Origin: Candidatus Gemmiger faecigallinarum
GTDB lineage: Bacteria > Bacillota > Clostridia > Oscillospirales > Ruminococcaceae
Direction of reading: 5' to 3'
DNA length: 64,000 nucleotides
NCBI GenBank assembly: GCA_019120395.1
Contig: DWVD01000010.1
Span: 19,823-83,822 of the forward strand
Shown one piece after another: positions 38,506-49,037 of the stretch (positions within the stretch are counted from its first letter, which is position 1; each line of letters starts with the position of its first letter). The translations under genes and the position numbers were made by a program. The notes under the pieces were generated by a model, which was given only the letters and a program-made list of their open reading frames with translations, did not search any database and was not told the origin of the DNA.

Positions 38506-39738
38506 CTACGCTTTTTTGTCGCGATGCTTTCCAAACAGCGTGGCACGGTAAACCGCCGGCGTCGATCCGGTTACTTCTTTAAAAATCTGTCCAAAGTAAC
38601 TCTGGCTGCCAAAGCCAAGCATTTCGGCAACATCCGCAATGTCCCGCTCCGCATTGGCCAGAAGGATCTTGGCCCGTTCTACTTTGGCAAATTTGATGTA
38701 GTCGTTGATGAAGTACCCGGTCTCTTCCTTAAATTTGCGCGTGACATAGTACTCGCTGTAACCGATCAGAGCAGCCAGTTCACTCGCAAGGATGCGACGA
38801 TCGAGATGCAGCTCGATATAATCGATGCATTTTTGAATCGGCGCACTGACCTTTGGATTTTCGCGGCAACGGTGGACGCGATGGATAAAATCATTGTACA
38901 TTGTCAAGGGTAAGGAGACAAGTTCATCCCACGTGCAGGCGTTTTCAATGAGCTGCAAATAGGAGTCATTGAGAGAATATGCTTCCTCCGGTGAAAGACC
39001 GCCTTCTATGGCCGCACGGCACACCAGTGTGCAGAATATAATATCCGAAGTTTTGGCCCCACTTAGTGGAGTATGTGCGGCAAGATTCGGACCGATGCTC
39101 AGGTTCATTGCGCCGCTTAGACTTTCTTTATAATTCAAATCCCCATTGCGTACCATCTGAAGCATGGCCTGCTCGGCTGAATAGATTTTGTGCCGGTCGC
39201 GCTTGAGAGAGGGCGCTTCCCCATCCGGCATTACGGTGAGGGAAGTCACGTTCAACGCGCTGACATCGAGCTTTTCGGTCGTTAGACAAAAATGCAGCAT
39301 TAGCAAATAATGGGAAAACAAAATGAAATTGCAAACCGGAATGGTGGGGACATTGTCCAGCAGGTGGATCTTCCAGGCTATGCTGGCTTCAGCGTCGTGA
39401 TATCTCTTTAGACCTTCCTCGACCTGTGCCAGCGAAACATCCGCAAAAAAGGTGGGCCCGAGAACATAGATGTTTTGCAATTTCCCGTCTTGTTTTTCAA
39501 AGGCCGCGCCCCACACAAGTCCCAGAGCATCCCCCAGCAGGATGGGATTATCATGGCTGGCAGCGTGTGAAAGCATCCGATCGCGACAACCGAATGCCGT
39601 GAACGCAGTGGAAAGCAGTGTCTGTTGCGGGTAGTTTGAATCGACCAGATTGCCGTCAGCATCATAATGCCATAGCGATACTGAGCTGCCACATTGCAAA
39701 AACTCTTGCAGAAGGGAGAGCTTTTCAGAAAGTCCCAC
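38506..39738 (-). CDS. AraC-family transcriptional regulator
   Basis: RAAIEGG sensor region; C-terminal double HTH ..KFKEETG..LGFGSQSYFGQIFKEVTGSTP. Start approximate. Confidence 0.9.
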   Translation of the reverse strand: MGLSEKLSLLQEFLQCGSSVSLWHYDADGNLVDSNYPQQTLLSTAFTAFGCRDRMLSHAASHDNPILLGDALGLVWGAAFEKQDGKLQNIYVLGPTFFADVSLAQVEEGLKRYHDAEASIAWKIHLLDNVPTIPVCNFILFSHYLLMLHFCLTTEKLDVSALNVTSLTVMPDGEAPSLKRDRHKIYSAEQAMLQMVRNGDLNYKESLSGAMNLSIGPNLAAHTPLSGAKTSDIIFCTLVCRAAIEGGLSPEEAYSLNDSYLQLIENACTWDELVSLPLTMYNDFIHRVHRCRENPKVSAPIQKCIDYIELHLDRRILASELAALIGYSEYYVTRKFKEETGYFINDYIKFAKVERAKILLANAERDIADVAEMLGFGSQSYFGQIFKEVTGSTPAVYRATLFGKHRDKKA

Positions 39739-39831
39739 ATATATCACTCCCAGCAATTAAATATTTTTCATTATAGCATGAGAAGGCGAAAAAGAAAAGC
39801 ATTCGCCACGCAGGAAAGGACTGAGTTACCT

Positions 39832-42069
39832 ATGAGAGAACGTATCTCGCTTATGGATGACTGGCGCTTCGTCGAAAAGGCTGCAAATGCGCAGCAGGCG
39901 TCGCAAGCCAACGGCGAGTCGGTTTGTCTACCACATACTTGGAACGCTCGGGACGGACAGGACGGCGGTAATGATTATGCCCGCGGAACGCGCTGGTATG
40001 TGCGTTGCGTCACTGCGCCTGACTGTCCGGCAAACAGCGAAATCTGGTTGGAATGCACGGGAGCCGCCATGACAGCAGAGGTTTTTTGGAACGGAAAAAA
40101 GCTGACCCGGCATGAGGGCGGGTATTCGACCTTCCGGGTAGAACTGACACCGTATATGGAGCCGAAAAACCTATTGGTCATTGCGGTGGATAACAACACG
40201 AGCGACCGTATATATCCACAAAAAGCAGACTTTACATTTTACGGCGGTCTGTATCGGGAAGTCAGTCTGATATGTGTGCCCGCCACACATTTTTCGTTGG
40301 ATCGTAATGGTGGACCTGGCCTGCGCCTGACTCCGACTGTAGACTTGGACGACCATACTGCCACCGTTACAGCAGAGACTTGGGTGACAAGCGGCGAAGG
40401 GCAGACGGTCACTTTCAGTTTGGCCGGACAAACGCAGTATGCTCAAGTTGCAGGCGGTTATGCTTCTTCTGTATTCACTATTCCTCATGTACGCCTCTGG
40501 GACGGCCTGGATGACCCGTATCTATATACGGCAACGGCGAGTCTGGCAAGTGGGGATGTTATTGCAGAGCGTTTTGGCTGCCGGACGTTTGATATCGACC
40601 CACAGAAAGGCTTTTACTTAAACGGGCGGCCTTACCCTTTGCGTGGCGTTTCCCGCCACCAAGACCGCAAAGATGTAGGCAACGCCCTCACACCGGCCAT
40701 GATGCGGGAGGACATGTCCATCATTCGTGAGTTGGGGGCCAATACGCTGCGCCTGGCCCATTACCAACACGCACAAGAATTTTACGATCTCTGCGATGAA
40801 AACGGTCTTCTGGTTTGGGCTGAGATCCCCTACATTTCGCAGCATATGCCAGACGGCAATGAAAACATTCGCCAGCAAATGCGGGAACTGGTGGAACAGA
40901 ATTACAACCACCCCTGTATTTGCTGTTGGGGGCTTTCCAACGAGATCACGGCCTCAGGCGCGGTGTCGGAGGATCTGCTCGCCAATCACAGGACGCTCAA
41001 CGAACTTTGTCATACTCTCGATAGCACCCGGCCAACAGCAATGGCAAACGTGTTTATGCTGGAGCCCGATTCTCCGCTGTTGGAAATACCCGATCTGAAC
41101 AGCTATAATCTATATTATGGATGGTATCTGGGAGAATGTGCCGAGGCAGGGCAGTTCTTGGACGACTACCATGCAAAATACCCCCAGCGGTGTCTGGGAC
41201 TTTCAGAATATGGTGCGGATGCAAACCCGCGCTATCAGAGCGCCGCTCCACGGCGCGGTGATTATACCGAAAGTTACCAAGCTTTATATCACGAACAAAT
41301 GCTGGATATAATCGAAGCACGGCCATGGCTGTGGGCGACCCATGCATGGAACCTCTTTGACTTTGCGGCGGACGGTCGTGATGAAGGCGGAAAACCCGGC
41401 GAGAATCAGAAGGGATTGGTCACTTTTGATCGCTTGATCAAAAAAGATGCATTTTATCTCTATAAAGCGCACTGGAGTAAGGAACCGTTTGTACATATCT
41501 GTGGTAGTCGTTATGTGAATCGTACCGAGGATACGACCGAGATCAAGGTTTATTCCAACCAGCCGGAAATCGTCTTGATCGTAGATGGAAAAGTGTTTGC
41601 CAGACAGAAGGGACGCTACATTTTCCGTTTTTACGTTCCTATCTGTGGAGAACATCACATCGCGGCGCGTGCCGGGACATTGTCCAGCGTGATCTATTTG
41701 CGTAAAGTGAAACGACCCGACCCGACCTATCAGTATGCTGGGGCATCTAAAGTCGTCAACTGGTTTGATAAAGACGACAAATACGACCCTGCTTGTTATT
41801 CTCTGACTGATACGATCGGAGATTTGATGCGGGAGCCCCGCGCTGCTGCCATTGTACAGAAGGTGATTGGTGCGGCAGCATCGACTCGCGGAGAGGTTGG
41901 GAGCACGGCCGCCGTGAATCCAAACTTGCAGCGAATGTTGATGCGCCAGACTTTGCAGAGCATTTTGAGCCACGTTAGCGACAAAGTGCCCAAAGCACAA
42001 ATTCAAACATTTAACCGCGAGCTGCAAGCGATTAAAAAACCGTATCTTGGAAAGGAAAATGACGAATGA
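39832..42069 (+). CDS. GH2 glycoside hydrolase, probable beta-glucuronidase
   Basis: LPHTWN, DFTFYGGLYR, GVSRHQD, RLAHY, WGLSNE (acid/base), SEYGAD (nucleophile) and NQKG motif. Confidence 0.85.
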   Translation: MRERISLMDDWRFVEKAANAQQASQANGESVCLPHTWNARDGQDGGNDYARGTRWYVRCVTAPDCPANSEIWLECTGAAMTAEVFWNGKKLTRHEGGYSTFRVELTPYMEPKNLLVIAVDNNTSDRIYPQKADFTFYGGLYREVSLICVPATHFSLDRNGGPGLRLTPTVDLDDHTATVTAETWVTSGEGQTVTFSLAGQTQYAQVAGGYASSVFTIPHVRLWDGLDDPYLYTATASLASGDVIAERFGCRTFDIDPQKGFYLNGRPYPLRGVSRHQDRKDVGNALTPAMMREDMSIIRELGANTLRLAHYQHAQEFYDLCDENGLLVWAEIPYISQHMPDGNENIRQQMRELVEQNYNHPCICCWGLSNEITASGAVSEDLLANHRTLNELCHTLDSTRPTAMANVFMLEPDSPLLEIPDLNSYNLYYGWYLGECAEAGQFLDDYHAKYPQRCLGLSEYGADANPRYQSAAPRRGDYTESYQALYHEQMLDIIEARPWLWATHAWNLFDFAADGRDEGGKPGENQKGLVTFDRLIKKDAFYLYKAHWSKEPFVHICGSRYVNRTEDTTEIKVYSNQPEIVLIVDGKVFARQKGRYIFRFYVPICGEHHIAARAGTLSSVIYLRKVKRPDPTYQYAGASKVVNWFDKDDKYDPACYSLTDTIGDLMREPRAAAIVQKVIGAAASTRGEVGSTAAVNPNLQRMLMRQTLQSILSHVSDKVPKAQIQTFNRELQAIKKPYLGKENDE

Positions 42070-42794
42070 TTGCTGTTGTGGTTGTTCTATTGCTGGTCGT
42101 GATGGGCTTCCTGTTGTTGGCGGGCATATGTTATGTGGGACCATTCAAATATCTCGCGGTATTTCGCCCCAGTCGGCGATATGATTCCAGAACGCGTCAG
42201 GGAGAAATTGTCTTTTACGGTGCATCCAATTTTACTTTATGGAAAGAAATGGAGGAAGACCTGGCCCCATACCCTGTGCAAAATCATGGCTTTGGAAATA
42301 GCGCGGATGTTGACCTAGTACGCTACGCAGATAAATTGCTGTATCCATATGTCCCCAAAATCGTAGTTTTTCAGACGGGTTCCAATGACTATCTGCGTAT
42401 CGAAGGCGATGATGCGGAAAAGATCCGCCGTTGTATGGAAAACAAACGCCGGATGTTCTCGGACTTCCACTCCCGCCTGCCAGACGCCAAGTTTATCGTA
42501 ATGAGCGGACTTCTGCTGCCGGGTCGAAAGCAGTTCCTTGCCCTTACGCAGAAGATCAATCAGGAATTGCAGGAACTGTGCGCCGCCACGCCTTATATGC
42601 GATTCATTGACGCGAGTGCGATGACATACAACGGTGAAACATTCCACGAGGAGCTCTTCCGCAAAGACGGCATCCATTTGAACCACACTGGACAGCTGCG
42701 CTGGGCACAGGAATACATTCTGCCGGTTTTACAGGAAGAATGGAATCTCAAGCCTACCGAAGTCAATCAAACAACACAGGAGAGCAAATCATGA
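42066..42794 (+). CDS. SGNH/GDSL esterase with N-terminal membrane anchor
   Basis: FYGASNF, NHGFG, GSND and DGIH motifs. Confidence 0.8.
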   Translation: MIAVVVVLLLVVMGFLLLAGICYVGPFKYLAVFRPSRRYDSRTRQGEIVFYGASNFTLWKEMEEDLAPYPVQNHGFGNSADVDLVRYADKLLYPYVPKIVVFQTGSNDYLRIEGDDAEKIRRCMENKRRMFSDFHSRLPDAKFIVMSGLLLPGRKQFLALTQKINQELQELCAATPYMRFIDASAMTYNGETFHEELFRKDGIHLNHTGQLRWAQEYILPVLQEEWNLKPTEVNQTTQESKS

Positions 42795-45319
42795 AAGCGA
42801 TTCATCTGCAAACCGAACACTTGTCAAGCCCGTTGGGGATCGACATTCAAAAGCCGGTGCTGAGCTGGCTGTGTGAAGGGGGCGTTGCCCAGACAGCCTA
42901 TGAAGTGGAGGCATCGAGCTGCGGCCAGGTTATTTGGCAGAGCGGCCGCGTGACGGGCAATACCATGCACACGGTATTGGATGCGCCGCTGTCCTCCCGC
43001 CAGAGTGTATGCTGGCGGGTCCGCCTGTGGGACGAAAATGGTGCCGCAGGCCCTTGGAGCGAACCGGCAGCTTTTGAGCTGGGGCTATTGTCGCCTGCAG
43101 ACTGGCAGGCCCAGTGGATCGACCCGGAACTGCAGCATGACCCCAGCGTACACCATCCGGCCAGTTATCTGCGCAAGACCTTTACTGTTCCGGAAGGCAA
43201 ACAGGCCCGTCTGTACGTTACCTGTTACGGCCTGTATGAAGCATGGCTCAACGGGCAGCGGGTCGGCAACTTTGTTCTGGCCCCCGGCAGCTATACCTAC
43301 GAAAAGCGTATTGCCTACCAGACATATGATGTAACAGCGCAACTTCACCCCGGCGAAAATGAAATTCAGGTCATTTTGGGCGACGGTTGGTACCGGAGCT
43401 GCGCCGGCATCGACGGCAAACGCAACCTTTACGGAGAGAACATCGCGCTTCTGCTGCAGTTGGAAGTGGATGGGCAGCCGGTCTGCCTGTCCGACGAAAG
43501 CTGGCAGGCAACGCAGCAGGGACCGCTGCGCGAAAACGATATGCAGCAGGGAGAAGTTTACGATGCGCGCATCGAGACGCTGGATGGGTGGCACCCCGTG
43601 GGCGTTGAAGCCTACGGCTATGACGCTCTTGTATGCGCCAACAGCCTGCCCATTGCCGAGCGGGAACGCTTTGCTGGCACACTGATAACGACGCCCAACG
43701 GGGAGACTGTCATTGATTACGGCCAAAATCTGGCCGGTTACGTCGAGTTTGAGCTTAACGCCCACACCGGGCAGAAAATCATCCTGACGCACGGCGAAAC
43801 CCTGGACGAACATGGCAATTTTACCAACGCCAACTTTCAAGATGATACCCGTCATCAGGAAGGCGGCATCCGGCAGCAGATCATTTACACCTGCAAAGAA
43901 GGCCGCAACCATTACAAGGCCCGTTTTACGATCTTTGGGTTCCGTTATGCCAAGGTGGAAACCGACATCGATCTGAACGGTGCAAAGTTTACCGCCATCG
44001 CGGTGTATTCCGACATGGAAGATGTTGGCAGCTTTGCTTGCTCTAACGCCGACGTGAATCAGTTGTTCCACAACAGCGTGTGGAGCATGAAGTCGAACTT
44101 CTGCGATGTCCCGACCGATTGCCCTACGCGTGAACGCGCTGCATGGACCGGCGACATGGGGGTCTTTATCGAAACCGGCCTTTACCTGGCCGATTGTTAC
44201 CCCGTCGTGCGCAAGTGGTTGGCGGAATGTCGGCTCAACCAATACCCCGGCGGGCAGGTCGCCGTGATCGCACCGCATATCGACACCCCTTCTCCCATGC
44301 TGCAACTGATCTCCGGCTCTGTCGGCTGGGGCGATGCCTGTATCCTTGTGCCCTGGGCGCTCTATCGGCGCAACGGGGATGTGCGCATCCTGAAAGAGAA
44401 CTACCTCATGATGCAGCGCTGGTATGGATTTTTGGAGGGGCGTGCCCGCCGTCCCGGTGGTGCACTGCCGCAGGACCACCCGTTGGAGAATTATTTGATC
44501 GACACCGTCACGGATTTTGGCGAATGGATGGAGCCGGATGCTTCGGACGTGTATACAAGTATGGCGCAGCCGCAGACCAAAGTGGCGACCGCTTACTTTG
44601 CCCACTCCGGCCGGATCCTGGCCAGGATTGCAGAACTGCTCGATCACCCGGAGGATGCCGCGCATTACCGTGAGGTCTCGGAGAAAGCTGCACAGGCCTT
44701 CCGCCTAGTGGCAACGGAAGACGGTGCGATCCATTCGGAACGCCAAGCAGACTATCTGCGTCCCATCGCGTTTGGCCTGCTGACCGAGAACGAAGCCAAG
44801 GCTGCGGCGGCAGAGCTTGACCGCAAGATCGCAGCCAATGGGTATCACCTCAACACCGGGTTCCTTTCCACGCCGCTGCTGTGCCAGGTGCTGGCAGACT
44901 ATGGCCACCTTGAAACAGCCTACCGCCTGCTTTTGCAGGATACAATGCCCAGCTGGCTGTATGCCGTCAAAAGGGGGGCTACGACCATCTGGGAGCGTTG
45001 GGACGGCATCGATCCGAACGGCCATCCGCAAGGATCGCTCAACCACTATTCCTATGGAGCGGTGTGCGCGTGGTTGTTCTGCGGTGTCTGCGGCATCCGG
45101 GTCGAGGGCAATACGGTCACGATCCGTCCGCAGCCTTATCCGGCATTGGAATACGCCCGTGCGCGCTACCGTTCGCCATTGGGCGAGATCGTCAGCGGCT
45201 GGCGGTATGAGGACGGGCAGCCGCGTTATGAGATTGTCCTCCCCGCGAACGTGACCGCTGCCGTCGAACTGGCGGACGGGCGCCGGCTGCAGTTGGAAGC
45301 GGGGACTCACTGGCTGTAA
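42791..45319 (+). CDS. GH78 alpha-L-rhamnosidase
   Basis: DYGQNLAG, PTDCPTRERAAWTGD, WGDA, GATTIWERW and SLNHYSYG motifs. Confidence 0.92.
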   Translation: MKAIHLQTEHLSSPLGIDIQKPVLSWLCEGGVAQTAYEVEASSCGQVIWQSGRVTGNTMHTVLDAPLSSRQSVCWRVRLWDENGAAGPWSEPAAFELGLLSPADWQAQWIDPELQHDPSVHHPASYLRKTFTVPEGKQARLYVTCYGLYEAWLNGQRVGNFVLAPGSYTYEKRIAYQTYDVTAQLHPGENEIQVILGDGWYRSCAGIDGKRNLYGENIALLLQLEVDGQPVCLSDESWQATQQGPLRENDMQQGEVYDARIETLDGWHPVGVEAYGYDALVCANSLPIAERERFAGTLITTPNGETVIDYGQNLAGYVEFELNAHTGQKIILTHGETLDEHGNFTNANFQDDTRHQEGGIRQQIIYTCKEGRNHYKARFTIFGFRYAKVETDIDLNGAKFTAIAVYSDMEDVGSFACSNADVNQLFHNSVWSMKSNFCDVPTDCPTRERAAWTGDMGVFIETGLYLADCYPVVRKWLAECRLNQYPGGQVAVIAPHIDTPSPMLQLISGSVGWGDACILVPWALYRRNGDVRILKENYLMMQRWYGFLEGRARRPGGALPQDHPLENYLIDTVTDFGEWMEPDASDVYTSMAQPQTKVATAYFAHSGRILARIAELLDHPEDAAHYREVSEKAAQAFRLVATEDGAIHSERQADYLRPIAFGLLTENEAKAAAAELDRKIAANGYHLNTGFLSTPLLCQVLADYGHLETAYRLLLQDTMPSWLYAVKRGATTIWERWDGIDPNGHPQGSLNHYSYGAVCAWLFCGVCGIRVEGNTVTIRPQPYPALEYARARYRSPLGEIVSGWRYEDGQPRYEIVLPANVTAAVELADGRRLQLEAGTHWL

Positions 45320-45375
45320 GCCGCAGCATCCCTCAAAAAGAATATTCTTGAAAAACAAGAAAAGGAGCAACTGCC

Positions 45376-46653
45376 ATGGAAAGATTTCCGTGTGATTTTC
45401 TGATCGGCGCCGCGACGGCGGCGCATCAGGTGGAGGGCAACAATATCCACAGCGACGCCTGGGCCGAGGAACATATGAAGCACACCACCTATCTGGAGCC
45501 CAGCGGAGCTGCGCTTGACCACTATCATCGTTACGAGGAAGACATCCGCATGATGGCGGCCGCAGGACTGAACGCCTACCGGTTTTCCATCGAGTGGGCC
45601 CGAATCGAACCGGAAGAGGGCTTGTTTGACAACGATGAACTGGAGCATTACCGCAGAGTGATCGCCTGCTGCCGGGACAACGGGGTGGAACCGGTCATCA
45701 CACTGCTGCATTTCACCTCGCCCAAGTGGCTCATTGCAAGGGGCGGCTGGGAGGCCGACACGACAGTCGCTTATTTTTCGCGTTACGTGCGTTACGTCAT
45801 GGAGCATCTTGGCAGTGAACTGCACTATGTCTGCACGATCAATGAAGCCAATATGGGTGTAGAGATTGCCGACATCGCGCAGCGCTATGCCCAGCAGATA
45901 CAGGCGGCAAGGCAGGGGTCGAACAGCCTGCAGTTGGGCTTCGACCTGGAAAAGATGATGGCAGAGCAAAAAGCCGCCGCTGCCGAATGCCGGGAAGTGT
46001 TTGGCACGGAAAAGGCGGAGACCTTCTGCAAGCCGCGCACCGCCCACGGCGATGAGATCATCATGCAGGCACACATGGCTGCTCGCGCCGTCATCCGCGA
46101 ACTTTGCCCCCATGTAAAGGTCGGTCTCACGCTGAGCCTGCACGATATACAGGCAGAGCCCACCGGAGAGGAAAACGCCGCACGCAAGTGGGAGCAGGAA
46201 TTCTCTCATTATCTGCCCGCCATTGCAGAAGACGACTTTTTGGGCGTACAGAACTATACCCGCGTTCGGATGGGCGCGGAAGGAGCTCTGCCGGTGCCGC
46301 AAGGGGCGGAGATGACCCAGATGAATTATGAGTATTACCCGGACGGGTTGGCCAATGTGCTGCGCCATGTAGCCGCAGACTTCCATGGCGAGCTACTGGT
46401 GACCGAAAACGGCATCGCCACGGCGGACGACAGCCGCCGCCAGGCTTTTATCGAGACAGCGTTGGCTGGCGTCCAGGCCTGCCGGGCCGAGGGGGTGCCC
46501 GTCAACGGCTATTTCTATTGGAGCCTACTGGACAACTTTGAATGGCAGCGCGGTTTTTCCATGACATTTGGCCTGGTCGCAGTTGACCGGGTCACTCAGA
46601 CCCGAAAACCCAAACCAAGCCTTGCGCTGCTGGGCAGTTACAGAATGCATTAA
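45376..46653 (+). CDS. GH1 beta-glycosidase
   Basis: GAATAAHQVEG, YRFSIEWARIEP, TINE, VTENG and WSLLDNFEW motifs. Confidence 0.93.
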   Translation: MERFPCDFLIGAATAAHQVEGNNIHSDAWAEEHMKHTTYLEPSGAALDHYHRYEEDIRMMAAAGLNAYRFSIEWARIEPEEGLFDNDELEHYRRVIACCRDNGVEPVITLLHFTSPKWLIARGGWEADTTVAYFSRYVRYVMEHLGSELHYVCTINEANMGVEIADIAQRYAQQIQAARQGSNSLQLGFDLEKMMAEQKAAAAECREVFGTEKAETFCKPRTAHGDEIIMQAHMAARAVIRELCPHVKVGLTLSLHDIQAEPTGEENAARKWEQEFSHYLPAIAEDDFLGVQNYTRVRMGAEGALPVPQGAEMTQMNYEYYPDGLANVLRHVAADFHGELLVTENGIATADDSRRQAFIETALAGVQACRAEGVPVNGYFYWSLLDNFEWQRGFSMTFGLVAVDRVTQTRKPKPSLALLGSYRMH

Positions 46654-46667
46654 GGGGGCGTTTTTTT

Positions 46668-48335
46668 GTGAAACCGAGCAATTGTATTCCCATCTGGAGG
46701 ACGGAAGAGTATGATTGGCCCGCTGCTGGCAAGTTTATCCCGGAGCTGCACAGCTACCTGCATGAAGATACAGAATCCCCCAGGCCAGCAGTCATCGTGC
46801 TGCCCGGAGGAGCTTACCGTGCCGTAAGTCCCGGCGAAGGAGCCCCGGTGGCGGAAAAATTCTACGCACTTGGCTACCAGGCGTTTGTCTTGACCTACAC
46901 TACGGACCTGTTCGGGATGACGCCGCTGAAGAGCCAGCCACTGCTGGATGTTTCCCGTGCCGTGCGTTATGTACGTGCACACGCCGCGGAATTTGGTGTT
47001 GACCCGCAAATGGTGCTCCTGTGTGGCTTTTCGGCAGGTGGTCACCTGGCTGCGGATCTGGCCGTCCATTTTTTGGATGTTTCGGATCCCGACCCGCGCT
47101 ACGCCGGGCCATTCAAGAACAGGCCGAACGGCGTCATTCTTGGCTATCCGGTCATTACGGCTGGTCAATATGCCCATGATATGACAATTGCCACGCGCGC
47201 CGGAAAGGACGCGCCCCAGCAGCAGCGGAAGCAGCTTTCTCTGGAGACCCAGGTAACGTCCATGACCCCGCCGTTTTTTATCTGGCACACCGTGACCGAT
47301 GACATTGTGCCCTATGAAAACAGCTTGCTCATGCTGCACGCATTAAAGGACGCCGGTGTGCTGGCGGAATGCCACCTGTTCCCGGAAGGGCCGCACGGGC
47401 TCTCTCTGGCGAATGCCTACTGGGCTTCCGGGGAGTACGACGGTGCCTATACGCTGGCCCAGATGAACGACTTCTTGGAAGCCGTCCGCAATGGAACTTA
47501 CCCGTTACCGGATGCCGCCCGCCAGGCGCTGGAGCATTTGCAGCAGCCCCAAGGAAAGACGCTGCAGCCGTATGAGGATGTGGCGGTGTGGCCGGAACTG
47601 GCGGACCGCTGGGCCAGGCTGCACATCAAAACCGAAACGGAAAAGTTGCATACACGGTTGGCCTCTTTTTTGCGGCCCGAAGTACCCTCTCCCGACAAAT
47701 ACGGCATCGCCTGCATTGGCGACAGCATCACTTACGGCGCCGGTGTGGAATCGGACCGTTCGAACCAAAGCTATGAAGCCTACCTGCAAAAGAGCTTGCC
47801 GGAAAACTGGCAGGTCCTGAACTACGGGTTCAGCGGCACCACGCTGCAGGACGAGGGGGACCTGCCCTATCAGCGAACCCCGCAGGCACAGGCAGCCCTG
47901 AAATGTGGAGCCAGGATCTACCTGATCATGTTCGGGACAAACGATTCCAAACCGCAAAATTGGGAGCCGGAGCGCTTTTCAAGGGAACTCGACCTCTTTG
48001 TTGAGCGTTACCGTAGCTTGCCGCAGCAGCCCAAGGTCTTTGTGATGATCCCGCCGGCCTGTTTCCCGAAAACGCCGGGCGGTACTGTGGTGGCGGATAT
48101 CTCAGAACAGACCTTACAGAACCAGATCCGTCCCTTACTGCGCAAACGGGCAGCGGAAGCTGGTTGGGGATGCATCGATCTCTATGCCCCCACGCAGGGA
48201 CATCCTGAGTATTTTGCGGACGGCGTCCATCCCAATGCGGAGGGCAATCGCCTGATCGCACAGACGATCGCCTCCCATCTGTCAGTTTGTCTTTCGGATA
48301 CCGCGTCCCACAAAGCACAAGGAGCCGTTTTATGA
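46668..48335 (+). CDS. Bifunctional esterase: alpha/beta-hydrolase fused to SGNH domain
   Basis: PGGAY..GFSAGGH..D..HGL triad followed by GDSIT..GTND..DGVHPN. Confidence 0.85.
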   Translation: MKPSNCIPIWRTEEYDWPAAGKFIPELHSYLHEDTESPRPAVIVLPGGAYRAVSPGEGAPVAEKFYALGYQAFVLTYTTDLFGMTPLKSQPLLDVSRAVRYVRAHAAEFGVDPQMVLLCGFSAGGHLAADLAVHFLDVSDPDPRYAGPFKNRPNGVILGYPVITAGQYAHDMTIATRAGKDAPQQQRKQLSLETQVTSMTPPFFIWHTVTDDIVPYENSLLMLHALKDAGVLAECHLFPEGPHGLSLANAYWASGEYDGAYTLAQMNDFLEAVRNGTYPLPDAARQALEHLQQPQGKTLQPYEDVAVWPELADRWARLHIKTETEKLHTRLASFLRPEVPSPDKYGIACIGDSITYGAGVESDRSNQSYEAYLQKSLPENWQVLNYGFSGTTLQDEGDLPYQRTPQAQAALKCGARIYLIMFGTNDSKPQNWEPERFSRELDLFVERYRSLPQQPKVFVMIPPACFPKTPGGTVVADISEQTLQNQIRPLLRKRAAEAGWGCIDLYAPTQGHPEYFADGVHPNAEGNRLIAQTIASHLSVCLSDTASHKAQGAVL

Positions 48336-49027
48336 AACTTTCACCGGAAATTGAAGCAATGATCCGCGATTTGTTTGAACAGCGCGGAAAAAGCGAAAAG
48401 CAGCAAAAAGTGGAACGTTACCGCCGCTTGAACGCCTATGTCCAACCGAGGCAAATCGTGTTTGCAGGTTCCAGCCTAATGGAGCAGTTCCCTATTGAGG
48501 AATTCGAACTGGATCTGGACCTTCCGCTTAAGATTTATAACCGCGGTATCGGCGGTTATACGACTGCGGAGCTGCTGGAGACTATGGGCCCCTGTATCTA
48601 CGACCTGGATCCCGCATATCTCTTTTTGAATATCGGTACCAACGATATGAATGGCCCGGATTACTGCCTGGAAACGCTGATACAGCGCTATAACCAGGTG
48701 CTGGCTGGCATTCGCTCCCATTTGCCCCAGACGCAGGTCTTCCTGTTGGCATATTATCCGGTCAATGCAGAGATTGGAATGAAAAACCCGGTGATGGCCG
48801 AGGTGTTCCGGCATCGTACCAATACCCGCATTGCTGAAGCAAACGCGGCGGTGGCTAAGTTGGCGCAGGAAAACGGCGCGGTGTTTATTGATGCCAACAC
48901 AGGTTTGTGTGATGCAGACGGCAATCTGAAAGCTGAATATACCGTCGAAGGGATGCATATGTATGCCAACGGCTACCGCGCAGTGCTGCAAAATCTGCTG
49001 CCAACACTGCGCAGCTGCCACGGGTAA
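48332..49027 (+). CDS. SGNH/GDSL esterase
   Basis: FAGSSLME, NRGIGG, IGTND and EGMH motifs. Confidence 0.85.
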   Translation: MKLSPEIEAMIRDLFEQRGKSEKQQKVERYRRLNAYVQPRQIVFAGSSLMEQFPIEEFELDLDLPLKIYNRGIGGYTTAELLETMGPCIYDLDPAYLFLNIGTNDMNGPDYCLETLIQRYNQVLAGIRSHLPQTQVFLLAYYPVNAEIGMKNPVMAEVFRHRTNTRIAEANAAVAKLAQENGAVFIDANTGLCDADGNLKAEYTVEGMHMYANGYRAVLQNLLPTLRSCHG

Positions 49028-49037
49028 GGAGGCAAGC

